This document shows, piece after piece, positions 50,118 through 62,864 of a DNA stretch of 64,000 nt (position 1 is the first letter of the stretch; every line of letters begins with the position of its first letter). The notes under the pieces were generated by a model. That model worked only from the letters and a program-made list of their open reading frames with translations, was not told the DNA's origin and did no database searches. Origin of the DNA: Eledone cirrhosa (Eukaryota); contig OZ024740.1 in the NCBI GenBank assembly GCA_964016885.1, forward strand, positions 396,552,001 to 396,616,000. Reading direction: 5' to 3'. A program made the position numbers and the translations under genes.

Positions 50118-50793
50118 CTAGAATATGAACAAAAAGATAAGTGGTTTGGATGTCATCAAAGAGGTGTTAAAATTTGGTGACAGATGGAAAGAGCTGGGGT
50201 AGGGATAAGTTAAGGTATGTTTGTGAGGAACTAATTAAGTCTGATTTAAAACTATTTTGGTAATAGGAAAGGAGGACATCCAACCATAGAAAAATGCCAT
50301 GATGTGCAGTAACTCCAAATAAGAACTGACTCAGTTTGTAACAACTTGTCCAATCCATGCTAACATTGAAAAGCGGACATAAAAATGACGATGATGATAC
50401 TTTGTTATTGTATAGTGTTAAGTGGTGTGAGTGGTGATAACATTCTGGCCAACTAAGTCTGTGTCTGTAAGTTCAATTCCTAGTTGAGCCATAATATTTC
50501 ACTTCATTTACTCTTCATATATGATTTTAAGTCACAAGTAATGACTTGAGAGAGAGAAAGAGAGACTTGCATGAATTGTTGATGTAGTTGGTGAGGAGCC
50601 TCATTCAGGCATGTGCATGTATACACATTCACTCACACAGAGACAGATGCATATATACATACATACATTAAGAGTTCTATTTTTAGATTTCTTAAAATTT
50701 AGATAAATAGAAAAAAAAAAAGTTGGCACTCGAGGGATTAGGAAATTTGAAATTTGAAAATATGGTCACCACAAATCAGATAACTTTAATAAT

Positions 50794-51174
50794 TGTTTCT
50801 ACTTTTGGCACAAGGCCAGCAATTATCCCAGTGCATTACTGGTGCATTATTTCATCGACCCCGTAAGGATGAAAGGCAAAGTTAACCTCGGCAGGATTTG
50901 AACTCAGACTGTAAAGGGCCGTAACTCTATTCTGCAAAGCATTGCGCCCGACCCCCTACCGATACTTCCAATCCACCGCCCTAACTATAATAATTGTTTC
51001 TATTTTTGGCACAAGGCCAGCAATTATCCCAGGGCATTACTGGTACTTTATTTTATCGACCCCATAATAATTGTTTCTACTTTTGACACAAGGCCAGCAA
51101 TTACCCAGTGCATTACTGGTACTTTATTTTATCGACCCCGTAAGGATGAAAGGCAAATTTAACCTCGGCGGGAT
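50794..51174 (-). mobile_element. Cluster of one full and two partial tRNA-derived SINEs
   Basis: Three tandem aattgtttcta.ttttg.cacaaggccagcaatt starts. Confidence 0.85.
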
Positions 51175-51194
51175 AACAAAATCAATTATTGATC

Positions 51195-51800
51195 ACTGTC
51201 CCTGATTCCCCTTATACCATGTATGTTTATGGATGTCTTTGTGCTGGAAGAAGGTGTTCATAATAGAGAGACCATTACTAGAACAGAAGTCTAGTAAGGT
51301 CTCTGCATTTGTATTGAGATTGGGGACACCATTCCTTCGAATCACTCTTTTCCATGTCAAATGGTCAGTGCAACATGTTCACTGAAGCCTCCCATCAGAA
51401 TATATGACTCAGTCTTAACTACATCTAATGCTGCAGTGACTTCATCAAAGAAGGATCTGTATTTGGACTCCTTGTTTGGTGCATAGGCTTGCACCACTCA
51501 CAGAGACATATCTTTCAGCCTAAGCTTCAAGAGGCAAATCCTCCCTCCTAATGGGATCCAGTCCATAACACATTCTGACAGCTGGGGGCTTGTGAGTATC
51601 TCCATTCTCGCCTGTGCAATCTTTTCTGGCCACACCTGAATAGTGGGGTTTCCATCCTCCATCCAAATCTACAGAATCAGGGCCACAGAACTTTGATTAG
51701 GAAACACCAACTATATCTAGAAAGTAGCATCTAGTCTCCTCCACTAATTCCTATTCCTTATCTGTAAGGTTTGTGATGTTCCGGGTTCCAATTGTCAAGG
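51195..51800 (-). mobile_element. Degenerate APE endonuclease of a second (Expander-like) RTE family
   Basis: VQAYAPNKESKY, NGVPNLN, LLDFCSSNGLSIMNTFFQHKDIHKHTWY. Confidence 0.7.
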
Positions 51801-52077
51801 TTTGCTCCCTTCAGAACCCTCTTTGGGGTCTTGGGATACGCAATCTTTGTGCATCCATCCTATGCCTCCCAGGACAGGTCACAGGTCTGAAATGGAGACT
51901 GCAATATATTTTTCGAACAGGCCCCTCTACCTAAGGCCTGAATGCATACCTTATAAACCTGTGTGAAGGTTGATGCAGTATGATTCTTTTTTGTACCTCT
52001 CACCATATTGCAGTTTTGATGGTCTATTCACATCAGGAAAAAGTGGGTGAAGAAGAAGAAAAGAACTATAGATAATT

Positions 52078-52136
52078 GTTAAATAAATCAGGTAAAATAT
52101 TCCTGGAAATGGAATATTTTACCTGATTTATTTAAC
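52078..52136. repeat. Perfect 26-bp-arm inverted repeat
   Basis: gttaaataaatcaggtaaaatattcc-tggaaat-ggaatattttacctgatttatttaac. Confidence 0.95.
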
Positions 52137-52346
52137 TGAGGAACAGATTAAGCCCCTTTGAGGCCCTAAACACTTGAAAGATTATGGTGGCCCCTACCCC
52201 ACACCTATATATAACGTTTTCAAAAAAATTTTTTTTGAATAAGCCTGTGTTTATTTTAATCCAGTTTTACTTATCTGCATTGTGGCAACTATATTTTCAA
52301 AAATGTTATAAAAAGAAGATCAAGAGATATAAATGAGATATTTTAC

Positions 52347-52465
52347 CTTATTTCTCCAAAAACACTGCCTTCATGAAGTGTTGCCAAAACTGTGTTGTTA
52401 TCTGAACCTCCAACTACTTCCACCTGCCCATTGTTTACTATGTACATCTCTTTACCAACTTCTCC
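52347..52465 (-). CDS. CNGB-like channel, CNBD beta-roll
   Basis: Phase 0/2; [39 protein letters not shown](S). Confidence 0.95.
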
Positions 52466-52964
52466 CTAGAAAAAAAATGTTAGAATTTATCAATTTTATA
52501 ACATAAACACATAAAAACAGCGAATAAAACAAAAACAAACAAAAAAAAACTACTAAAGGTTAAAAACTAAGACTAAAACAATATTCATAAAAAAAATTTA
52601 TGTGAAAAAAAAATCTTTGTGATTAAAACGAAAAATGGCTGTAAGATTAAGGTGCTAGAGTACTGAAAGTGTTAGAGGTGAAATGCCAGACATTGAAGAA
52701 AAACTTAGAATTGAAAGGCCTAAAAATACACTTAGTGAAGTCTAAAGTACTGATAAGTAAGAAAAGAATACAGTAAACTTAGATCATAACTGAAGTGGCT
52801 TCAATATGTCGAAAAGATGTAGGCAGAAATTTCATAATATACACCCAGTGTAATCTATGGATGTTCAAGGTATGTAGTGAGATTACAAGCAAATTTACAG
52901 AGAAGACAGAATAGGCTTTGTATGTGACATATGCATAGAAGTAAGCACTAGGAGCACACATGAA

Positions 52965-53929
52965 ATAGATTATCTCTGGAAGGCTCTCTAGATATTGTTG
53001 ACAGTTTTTGTTACCTATGTGACCTAATCAGCAGTAGGATAGGATGCTCTAAAAGCATTATAGCCAAAGTAAGGATGGGTTTGAAGAAATTAGGGAGTTA
53101 GTTACTCCACTCATAATAAAGAGCAGCTCCCTTGGAGTAGACAATATGATATCTGCATGTGAACAGCAATGTTGGAAGAGGTGGTACCTAGGAAGACATG
53201 GGATGAAGAAGTGAAGACCAACCTTAGGAAGCTGAATCTCACCACAGAGATGACAAAAAACTGCGATAATTGGCGACATGTGGTACTGGAGAAAACCCAC
53301 CTGCCAACATAAAAACCTGATCCAATCCACTTCTCCTCATACCATCACTGTACACCCCTTACTCTACACAGGATTCCTACCCTTAATCACTCTGTCAAAT
53401 TCCACCACACCTGTTTTACACCAATGGCTTATATATCTCAATCCTTCTCTTCCCCATATCACTACTTGAATCCCACACATCTGTCATAAACCTATGATAT
53501 CGAACTTGTCACTCCCCCCCCACTTCTTGTCACTTACCCATCTTTATTACCTTGCCTATCCCATTGTCCCCTACAACCCTCTCTCACACAGGGTGGAGAG
53601 GGTCTTTCAGTTGTGTCTATGACAAATAACTCCCTTTGTGCTGATGCTACAATAAAATGCACCCAACACACCCTGTAAAGTTGTTCGTGTTAAGAATGGC
53701 TTCCAGCCATAGAAACCATGTCAAACAGGACTCTTCAGCTGTGTCAAAGACATGACAAGCTCCAATGTGCTGGTGTTAGGATAAAATGCACTGGTGCACT
53801 CTGCAAACATATATAAGCGAGATGTGGACTTCCAGCCTGTATGAGAGGTTGGTAGCTTCAATTAAGTGGTGATTTTGTCTGTGGCAGCCCTTCCAACTCT
53901 TGCTAGCAGGAAAAACATGTTAAATGATG

Positions 53930-53932
<3 letters not shown>
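52965..53932 (+). mobile_element. Old degenerate RTE 3' fragment
   Basis: EGSLDIVDSFCYL..RMG.KK homology to the RTE C-terminus, the family 3' UTR and a (GAT) terminus. Confidence 0.7.
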
Positions 53933-54024
<92 letters not shown>

Positions 54025-54035
54025 TTATATATATA
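53933..54035. repeat. (TA)n microsatellite
   Basis: Direct reading. Confidence 0.97.
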
Positions 54036-54683
54036 CACACCATTTAAGTTAGTTTGATTACGAATGGGTAGAACTGGTGGTTCTAGTTGGTAAACCATGA
54101 TGTAACAAATCAATCAAACCACTCAATGTTATGCAAGTCATCCATCGTAGAGGCAGTATCCAGTGGTTGGTGCAGGAACAGAGTAAAGTATTTATTAAAC
54201 AACAGAAAGCCAGACTGGAAAATTTGCTTTAGAATTTTAATTCTGTGAAATCACTATACGTATTCCGATAACCCAGCTCAATTCAGGGGACTGCTTCATA
54301 CCAACTTGACAGCTCCTGTATCGAATTTTCAATTTTCTATTTTCTATTCTCTTTTCCCAATCTTCCATTATATGTATGGGTTCAACGTAACCCTGTTATG
54401 TAATTCTGTCAAAGTTACATGATGAAATTGTCCTGTCTTGCATCATATTTGGATGATGGAGCTGGGTCATTGAAATATGTATAGTGATTTTGTGGAATTA
54501 GGATTCTAAAGCAAATTTTCCAGTCCGACCTACTGTTGTTGTTAAATATATATATATCAATCCATGTAAGCAGGGAAAAATGGACGTAAAAATGGTGATG
54601 ATGATGATGATGATTTTTATATATATTAATTGACTGACTTATAAACAACTAAAGGATAGACAGAAGTTAAAGAATAGACTAAC

Positions 54684-54767
54684 CTTGTGACAAATAAAAT
54701 CTCCTGGGAGACAAAGTACTGGTCTTAACTTGGCAACTAAATCAAATAATAAATTCTGATCACAGTC
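54684..54767 (-). CDS. CNGB-like channel, CNBD A-helix exon
   Basis: Phase 0/0; DCDQNLLFDLVAKLRPVLCLPGDFICHK. Confidence 0.93.
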
Positions 54768-55539
54768 CTATAAAAAAGATGTAAAAAGGTATTTAATAAT
54801 GTAAGCATAAAAGAGTTTTGTCTTGAGATAAGTTTAACATAGTGCCTCATTTGCTTTTTTCTCCCAAGCTTGGAAGCTCACCAGGTCAGTGCTCATCTCA
54901 GTTTCATTAGTGTTAAGCAACTGAAAGTACAAGACTACACCAGTCCATTGCAGTGTTAACCCCCAGTTGTTGCTGGAACTTATTTTCAGCTGAATGTACT
55001 GGAGCAATGTGAAATGAAGTGTTTTGGTCAAGAATACAACACTATCTGGTCTAGGAATCAAATCCATGATCATCAGTGTATCAGGTGGAAGCTATGAACT
55101 TACATACTTGCTTTCATATATGTTCCAGAAAGGATGGTGGATATGTTTGTAATAATGCAAACTCCCCTGTAGTAAAAAGTGTAAACAGGGGAGAATGTGG
55201 TATATTAAGGACATGTTGCCAATACATTTACACATTATTTTTTTTATCAGATAACACTATTCATCTATCCATATATTATTATTTAAATAAAGGTGTCTAT
55301 GTTTTATGATCTCATTCAAGTTTACTTTGTCATGATGATTAGTATAGTCTGTTTTAGTAACTATTGTGCATAGCATCATCACTGATAGAGGTGGTTTTGA
55401 CAGTCTGAAGAGGAGGAATGTCTATAGATGTTTTAATATTTAAAAGATTCAGGAATATAGGTAATTGGGTGAGGGCCACGTGGTTAATGTATAAATAGCT
55501 TGAACTCCTGCTAACTATTGCACCTCTTAAAGGCAATAA

Positions 55540-56010
55540 CACAGGACTGAGATCTCTGGCATTACGCAGTAATACAGAAGACTCAACTTCCCATGTGCAC
55601 AGGCAGAAGCTGAAGCATATTTATAGTATGTGCCACTCCACCCACTCCCATACATCTCCCATGAGGACAAGCTGAAGTATACATCCTGTGAAGCCTCCAG
55701 CCCACACTGTAAGGTGGTCATGATGGTGACACAGCAAAAAGCGCCCAGTTCACATTGTAAAGTGGTCATGTAGGTGTCATGGCAAAAAGCACCTAGTCCT
55801 CACTATAAAGTGGTCATGTAGGTGTCACGACAAAAAGCACTCACTGTAAATGTGGTTGGCGTTAGGAAGGGCATCCAGCTGTAGAAACCAAGCCAAAATA
55901 GGTTCTGTATGAGCAAGACATGGTCACCTCATTTGCTATTGCTTATGACAGGATAACTCGTCTAACCCATGCCAATGTGGATGTTAAACGGTGATGATGA
56001 TGATGATGAT
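55540..56010 (+). mobile_element. RTE 3' fragment with tandem-repeat 3' UTR and (GAT)n tail
   Basis: ggactgagatctctggcattacgcagtaatacag matches 20087-20120; family 3' UTR. Confidence 0.8.
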
Positions 56011-56131
56011 TCTGTATATATACAAAATAGAAGTAACTGCATATATGTGTATATAGATTTACACATTTTAATGCAAAGACTTGTAAACATGACAAATATA
56101 TGTATTTCCCTGTAAATAGATAAAATGATAA

Positions 56132-56180
56132 ACATCTTGAGCTGGTTTTCAAGCCTAGTTGGGCTTTCTTCAGAAGGTAT
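56132..56180 (-). ncRNA. Minimal type I hammerhead ribozyme motif with decayed stem III
   Basis: atacctt-CTGAAGA-aagcc-caacta-ggctt-GAAA-accagct-c-aagatgt: intact core, 5-bp stem II, stem I 6 of 7 paired. Lies within a direct repeat of ~347-nt period. Confidence 0.6.
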
Positions 56181-57113
56181 GTACACCATCTAAACAACCA
56201 CAAGAAAACACATAATCGAAGGGATTATATATTTTATCATTTATAGTAGCATCCTAAAATGGGCACTGTAATTTGCATATTAGCACCCGTGTTAGTTCTT
56301 AATCAAGATATATGTTAAACTGTGTGCTAAACTGCTGAAGTATATGATAAAATTATATCTATATATATACAGAACAGAAGTAACCAAGTCTACCTAAATG
56401 TGTATATACATTTACACATTTAGTATAAAGACTGTGTAGATGTAACATGGTAGCTGTGTGAGCAGTATTCTACTCTATGTCACAGTTGTGTTTTGTATAG
56501 AGTAATGCAACGTATCATCATCGTCATCATTTTATGTCCGCTTTTCCCTGCTTGCAAGGGTGGTATGGGTCCTCTTCAGCACAGCATCTCTCCACTTGTC
56601 GCGATACTTTGTCATTTCCTCTGTGAGCTTCAGTGATCTAAGGTCATCTTTCACTTCCTCCATAAAATCTAGCCTTAATAACACAGTTGAGGCTATGTTA
56701 GATATCTGTGATTTTCAAGAGTAGTCAGTAGAGTTTGTGAGATCTAATATTTTTTATAAAATGGTCATCTGACCTGTCTAGTCTCAGAACATGACGACCC
56801 ATTCAACCTATGCCAACATGGTAAATAGACGTAAAATGATGATGATGATAACGATGATCATAATGATACTGGCTTTTAGTTGTAATCATTTATATAATGT
56901 GCATTCAGCCCAATTTCATCTCAATGAGGACAACACACAGACACAGACACACACCCACACACACAACAAAAAAAGAATCATTCTTTCAAAAAAGGAAGCT
57001 AAAGAAGTTGAGGCTATTTCTTAGATTCACTGCTGTAGATTATAAGATGAGATTCCCAAACCATGTTAAAGTAATAAAATTTATCATAATTTACAGTTGA
57101 AACTGATACAGAC

Positions 57114-57211
57114 CTGAAATATCTTTAACTTGCTTAATGTACTATAATGTACATGAATTGCTAAGTCTATTCTCATTTTCCGGGGTAAAGTTTCAATTAG
57201 AGAATTTTCAT
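57114..57211 (-). CDS. CNGB-like channel, distal C-linker
   Basis: Phase 1/0; (D)ENSLIETLPRKMRIDLAIHVHYSTLSKLKIFQ. Confidence 0.94.
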
Positions 57212-58160
57212 CTGAAATATAGAGACATCTATTTAGTTATTTAAAAAAATTATAAAAAAAAACTAACAACACAGTTACCAAATGTTAATGTCTAAATTTG
57301 ACGATATCTATAATATTAGCACAGAAGAATTATATTTTGATAGTGGATTAAAGGATGATTTCTGATTATCTGATTGGTTTGATATCACCGAGTTAAAGAG
57401 AGTTACTATACAAATAAGGATTTCTCTCTTAGTTTCAAGGTTCAATTTTGTAAATGAAAGGTAATATATAATTAACTGATTTCACAGAGGCATAATTAGG
57501 GTATGGCAAGCATGGCATATGCCATGGGTGCCACTTGGACTTTACAGTTATCTGAAAGATGGATGTCAGATGTTTGGGCAGGGATGCAATTTCACTGCTT
57601 GCCATAGGCGCAATTTTTTCTAAACGCTGAATTTTGTGTATGATTGTTGCTCTGAACACTGAAGAACCAAACTAGAAACTGTAAAACAACTATGCCAGCT
57701 CTCTATAATCTCAGTCATCATCATTAACATAGGCACATTCATGCCTTTACTCTGATCATTGCTAAGAAAATAATACTTCAACACAACTAAAGTGACCAGC
57801 TCATCTTTACAGCCACTACTAAATCACGACAATGTCCATATCATTTTTTTAGTCCCAACTACTCCACAACAGTTAGTATCAGATCACTACAGGCACCACT
57901 GCAACACTATAGAGACAACCAAACCTGTTTAAATAGCACAATATAATTATAGAACAATGCCACAGTATCCACTAGTGCTACACCACAATGATGACCACCA
58001 CATTACTACAGAGATCATCATCTCACTATAATTGACATTAGTTCATCACTATAGCTAACATCACACTACAACAACCACTCTTATAACGTCTCAACCATCA
58101 TTTATCTTGCTCTGCTTACAGGTAAGTGGAGTGGCAAGTGTTCAGGATTGTGCATCAGAT

Positions 58161-59215
58161 TAGGGTTGTACCAATTAATTGGCAGGTAATCAGTATTAGC
58201 CATATCAGGAATTTTGTCAATTAATCAATATTGGCTATTTTTGCTAATTAATCGGTTTTGATAATAGGCCATTACTGCTTTAGAGAAAGAAAACCATGGG
58301 TGACAGAGAAATTTGGAAAACCCATTGGTTTCAACATGTAGAAATACATAAGGAATAGTTATTATTGCCTAGGACACAATCTAAGCTCACCAGTGTAATA
58401 TAACTCCTAGTGCTTGAACATACTGATCTGCACAACTGGAAATTACTTGAGATTACACAGAGGGTGTAACACCTTGAAGGTTAAAGGATGTTAAAGTAGA
58501 CCTTCATGCTCATTTGGGAGGATATGTGTTTAACCAATCATTTAAAAAGGAATTAATTAAAAAATTACAAAAATTCCAATTACATGTTTATCTAAAGGTA
58601 TCAAAATATTTCCCAGTAATAATTGTTTTAACTTTAGGCACAAGGCCAGCAATTTGAAGAGGTGGGGGGAGTCGATTAAATCGACCCCCAGTGTATTATT
58701 GGTGCTTTATTTTATCGACCCTGTAAGGATGAAACGCAAAGTTAACCTTGGTGGGATTTGAACTCAGAATGTAAAGGGATGTAACTATGTGGGGAAGCAT
58801 GGCATCCGGCGCTCTACTGATACTGCCAATCAACACCCTCCTATTTCCCAGTAATCATGATTCCTGTTATTTTAACTTACTCAAACAAAAAATATGATTT
58901 AATGATAAAATGCAAGATCTCATAAATCATAAATTGTAATGTAAACTCATCAAATGTTTTCCATTTTCAAAGCATAGCTGATTTCTTGCAGGCTCATATA
59001 TGTTACCTCATATGCTCTCAAACAGTAGCTCCATAATTGTTATTATGAAATATTATAATATACTACCAACAAATAATCATAATATGCATTTTCATATCAC
59101 AATACTTAATTACTTAATTATAGATAATCAGTGGCTAATTAAGATCCTAGTATTGGCTGAGAAGACAAGGCCAATTAATCACTAATTGGCCAATTTGCTT
59201 ATCAGTGCATTCCTA
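58161..59215. mobile_element. Old non-autonomous hAT element containing a nested SINE
   Basis: Degenerate TIRs tagggttgtaccaat / atcagtgcattccta; 8-bp flanks catcagat and tttcagat. Confidence 0.55.
58621..58841 (-). mobile_element. tRNA-derived SINE
   Basis: TSD tatttcccagtaat at 58607 and 58842. Confidence 0.85.
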
Positions 59216-59580
59216 TTTCAGATGCAATACTGCACATGGGTATTGACAGAACAGGGGTATTGACAGAACATGGGTATTGACAAAACATGTGTCTATAATC
59301 TTTATCTAAGAACATGGCACCTTTTTTACTTGGCCTCAGTAAATTTTCACTGATTTTTTTGACAGAGATTCATCACAATGACACAAACATTGTCTTGTAA
59401 CCTTAGTACAGAACTCTACTTGGTTTAGTTTTATCTGACTGAGAAACAGGTTCTACTTCTATTTTACAATAGAGTAGTCAGTAGCTATAGGAAATTAAAT
59501 CCAGTTATAAAATTTGTAAATATAAAAATTTGCCAAAAATATCTCATGCAAAATAACACAGAAAACTGTGAAGAATATAC

Positions 59581-59740
59581 CTAAAGTTTTTTGCTGTTCC
59601 CAATTGTAATTAAACCAATTCCGGACTCTTCCCTGCATTTCTTTTGGCAGATTTATGGACTGCATGTACCACGATGTAATATCCATCTGTTTTCTATAAC
59701 TTGCTTCTACTTGTCCAGCAGCATGTACAATATCACGGAT
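59581..59740 (-). CDS. CNGB-like channel, proximal C-linker
   Basis: Phase 0/1; IRDIVHAAGQVEASYRKQMDITSWYMQSINLPKEMQGRVRNWFNYNWEQQKTL(D). Confidence 0.94.
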
Positions 59741-61659
59741 CTGTTGATGAGGAAATTGGAAATTGATGATTAAAAATTACTCAAATGTCTGATCATGTTG
59801 AAAAAGAAAAAATACTCCTTCCTAAAAAATTCACAAACATTTAAGCTATAATTTCTATACAATTCCTTATTTTCTTAAAATTTTGAAGCAAAAAAATATT
59901 TTTACTGTAGACTGGACAAATGTAGGATGATCAGCAAGTTAATAACAGACAGGACATATATAAAATGTTTAGTGATTTGACTGCAAATTGGATAGAAATA
60001 AGATGTCCAGTAAGCTGATTATAGCCTGGAGATAGACAAAATAGTATTGATTTCAGATGAATTTCATTGCCTTACTGATGTTCTAGTAATATTTCAATAT
60101 TTATGACAGGTTATATTGTATTAAGAAACTAGATAGGAAGGAAGTTGATTAGATCAATAAACTATATGGAAGAACCTAGTACACTTTTTGAATTTTTAAC
60201 TCCTCATTAACTTGAAAATAAAAACGAGGTTAATATAGTTGATATTAAATTTAAATAATTACTGGAATGTAAAGGAGAAAAAGAAGGCGAAGGAAATTGA
60301 AAAGGTATACATCATCATCATCATCATTTAACATCTGTTTTCCCCACCACTACTCTTAAATATACCTTATTGTTTGTCTTTGATTTCACAATTAAGCAGC
60401 TGATGAAACCGCTAAAAGGATTTTTTGAGAAGAAAACCCTGTTACCCTCTCCAGGCCAACAGAATAATAAATGTGTAAGGTAAAGTTAAAAAATATACTT
60501 GATCCATATAAATATCAAATTAGCCAAATTTACTTCGAAAAAAATATTTAAGTAATAGAGCTTTGAATTTCTCCAAATACATCCGTCCACTACTAGGTCA
60601 TGGAGTCCAATAGTGGACGTGGCAAAGGAATGATCATTGTGTACATACACTCACACACAAGCATCTAATCACACATACACACATAAAAATATATATACAC
60701 ATCAAGCACCATCATTAATATAACTATACATACACATACACTTACACACTTGCATAGAAGCCCCTCCCCCTACCTTTGCCAACAGGTGTCGCTAAAGTAG
60801 AGAAATTTTGATAAAATGACATTTTAAAAAATATACTCTCTAAATGATAAAATTATGTTTATGATCAGAGTGCCATTGTAGCTCTGTTCTTAAAAAGTAG
60901 CAGGTGCTCTGTTTGAAGTGGGAAAGGTCCTGTTTGACAAGGAGTGCTCTTTTTGATGATGGAGTCCAAGGCATTCCTTCCCTTCACATCCCAATAAATC
61001 CAGCTCTGAATATAATACAGTGCAATGAAGCAACATAGTCTTTATCAATAAACTTTCATAGCACTCATAAAAGGGATCACATGCTTTATGATAAATTTTT
61101 GGATAATGTGAGATAGGATAGTTATGTTTAGCAAAGCCAACAAAATGCTTTCTTTTATTGGTTATTATATGCCAAAAGTTTGCTCAACTAGAGAGCTACT
61201 ATTTATGGACCCCCCCCCCCCCACACACATAAACACACTACAAAAAGTATTATCTCCAGAAATGTTTCCTAGTCCATCACACTTCTTACAAAAGTGTACT
61301 ACAGTCCACCCAACATATTCCATCCATGCACAGCCCTGCTATATTCAGTGAAATTTGTGAGTCTGGATAATTTGGAATATAGTGAGAAGTGGAATTTGAC
61401 ATTTAAGGATGATCCCTTTGTCTGAAAGAGGAAAAAAAATTCATTTTCTTTCTCAAACAAAGGGACAGTCCCAAAATAGTAGATCCCTCTTTTCCAAATG
61501 GTTTACAAATTTCACTGAATAATATTTGTTGCTGCAGACAACCACTCATTTCTGTGGACTCAGATGTTTACCTATTGTATTCAGCTAGTTTAGCATATTC
61601 AGCTATAAGTGTAAAGTTCCCTGAAGTGAGTGTAACAGAAAGAAGTGAAAAGTTTTTAC

Positions 61660-61801
61660 CTGACCAACAAGAAGAGCAAATACAAAAACTCCTGACAGCC
61701 AATAGAATGTCATGAACACAAATTCTAGCTCATTGGTGGGTTTTGGGTTGTTACCAATAGAAGTTGCTGTTTTGGTAGCCAAATAGAAACACCTAATGTA
61801 G
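61660..61801 (-). CDS. CNGB-like channel, pore helix, filter and S6
   Basis: Phase 2/0; [47 protein letters not shown]. Lacks the alpha-subunit TIGET glutamate, as beta subunits do. Confidence 0.95.
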
Positions 61802-61989
61802 CTGGAAAAATAAGATAGTAGAATTTAGTGAAATTGTAGTCATTCAACACATGCACACATATATATTCAAATATATTGCTGGAAGTAACATTGGTTTCTG
61901 TATGAAGTGGTTCCACATGCAATAGTGATATCACTAGCAGATCACCACTTCTTCAAACACTATTGTGAACCAGACCATCAACAGATACC

Positions 61990-62612
61990 CTGCAAATGAT
62001 GGAAATATTCTGTCAGAAAAAAAAAAAATTTCTGATCTCCTAAACCCGATCACAAAAGCATCTTCTGATGTATACGAGGTGCATCTGGGAGCGGTGACTA
62101 ATCTCTCCAAGGCTGAGATCACAAGTGCAGTTAAAGGGCTCAAATGTGGCACAACCGCTAGGGAAGATGAAATCTGGCCCAAGATGTAAAAAGCCTTAAA
62201 TAGAGAAGGTATTCTCTGGCTGACTCATGTGTACAGGGTGACCTGGATCTCTGGAACAGCACCTAAGCAATGGCAATCGGGAATGATAATCCCAATTTTC
62301 AAAAAGGGAGACAAGAGAGACTGTTCCAATTATAGAAGGATCTCCTTGTTAAGCCTCCCCAGTAAAGTCTATGTTAAGTGTCTGACAAAGAGATGCAGGG
62401 AGATTGTCGAGTCCAAGCTAGCTGATGAATAGTGTGGTTTCTAACCTGGATGTAGCATAGCCGACCAAATATTCACACTGTGGCAGGCTTTTGAAAAATC
62501 GTGGGAGTATTGCTAAGAAGTATATTTTTGTTTTGTTGACCTTGAAAAAGCATATGGCCGTGTTCCTTGGGCCCTGCTGTGGAAGTTCTGTAGGAGTATG
62601 GGATTGATGGTC
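61990..62612 (+). mobile_element. Degenerate RT fragment of the Expander-like RTE family
   Basis: AVKGLKCG..EDEI, IIPIFKKGDKRDCSNYRRISLLSLPSKVY, DQIFTL and FVDLEKAY with stops. Confidence 0.8.
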
Positions 62613-62619
62613 ATCAATT

Positions 62620-62800
62620 TGGTGGAAGGGGAAAGTCAATTACATCAACCCCAGTACTTAACTTATGCTTTATTTTATTGACCCCAGAAAAATGAGAAGC
62701 AAAGTTGTCATTAGTGGGGTTTGGAACCATAATGTAGAGGCCCATAATCAAATACTACAATGTATTTTATCCAATGCATTAATTCTGCTAATTCACTAAT
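62620..62800 (-). mobile_element. Old tRNA-derived SINE copy
   Basis: ggggaaagtcaattacatcaaccccagtac...tttattttattgaccccag. Confidence 0.6.
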
Positions 62801-62864
62801 AAATGATAAAAATGTAACATAATAATTTCTAAGAGAGAAAGAAGGTATGTTTTTATCAACTCAC

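Noticed and set aside
53862-54113. ORFs with YIYIYI runs (similar F/L-rich ORFs at 34926-35441 and 36910-37448)
   Set aside because: Translations of microsatellite and low-complexity DNA.
60396-60450. ctgatga...gaaa string as a hammerhead (also cctgaaga at ~32548)
   Set aside because: No convincing stems I-III.
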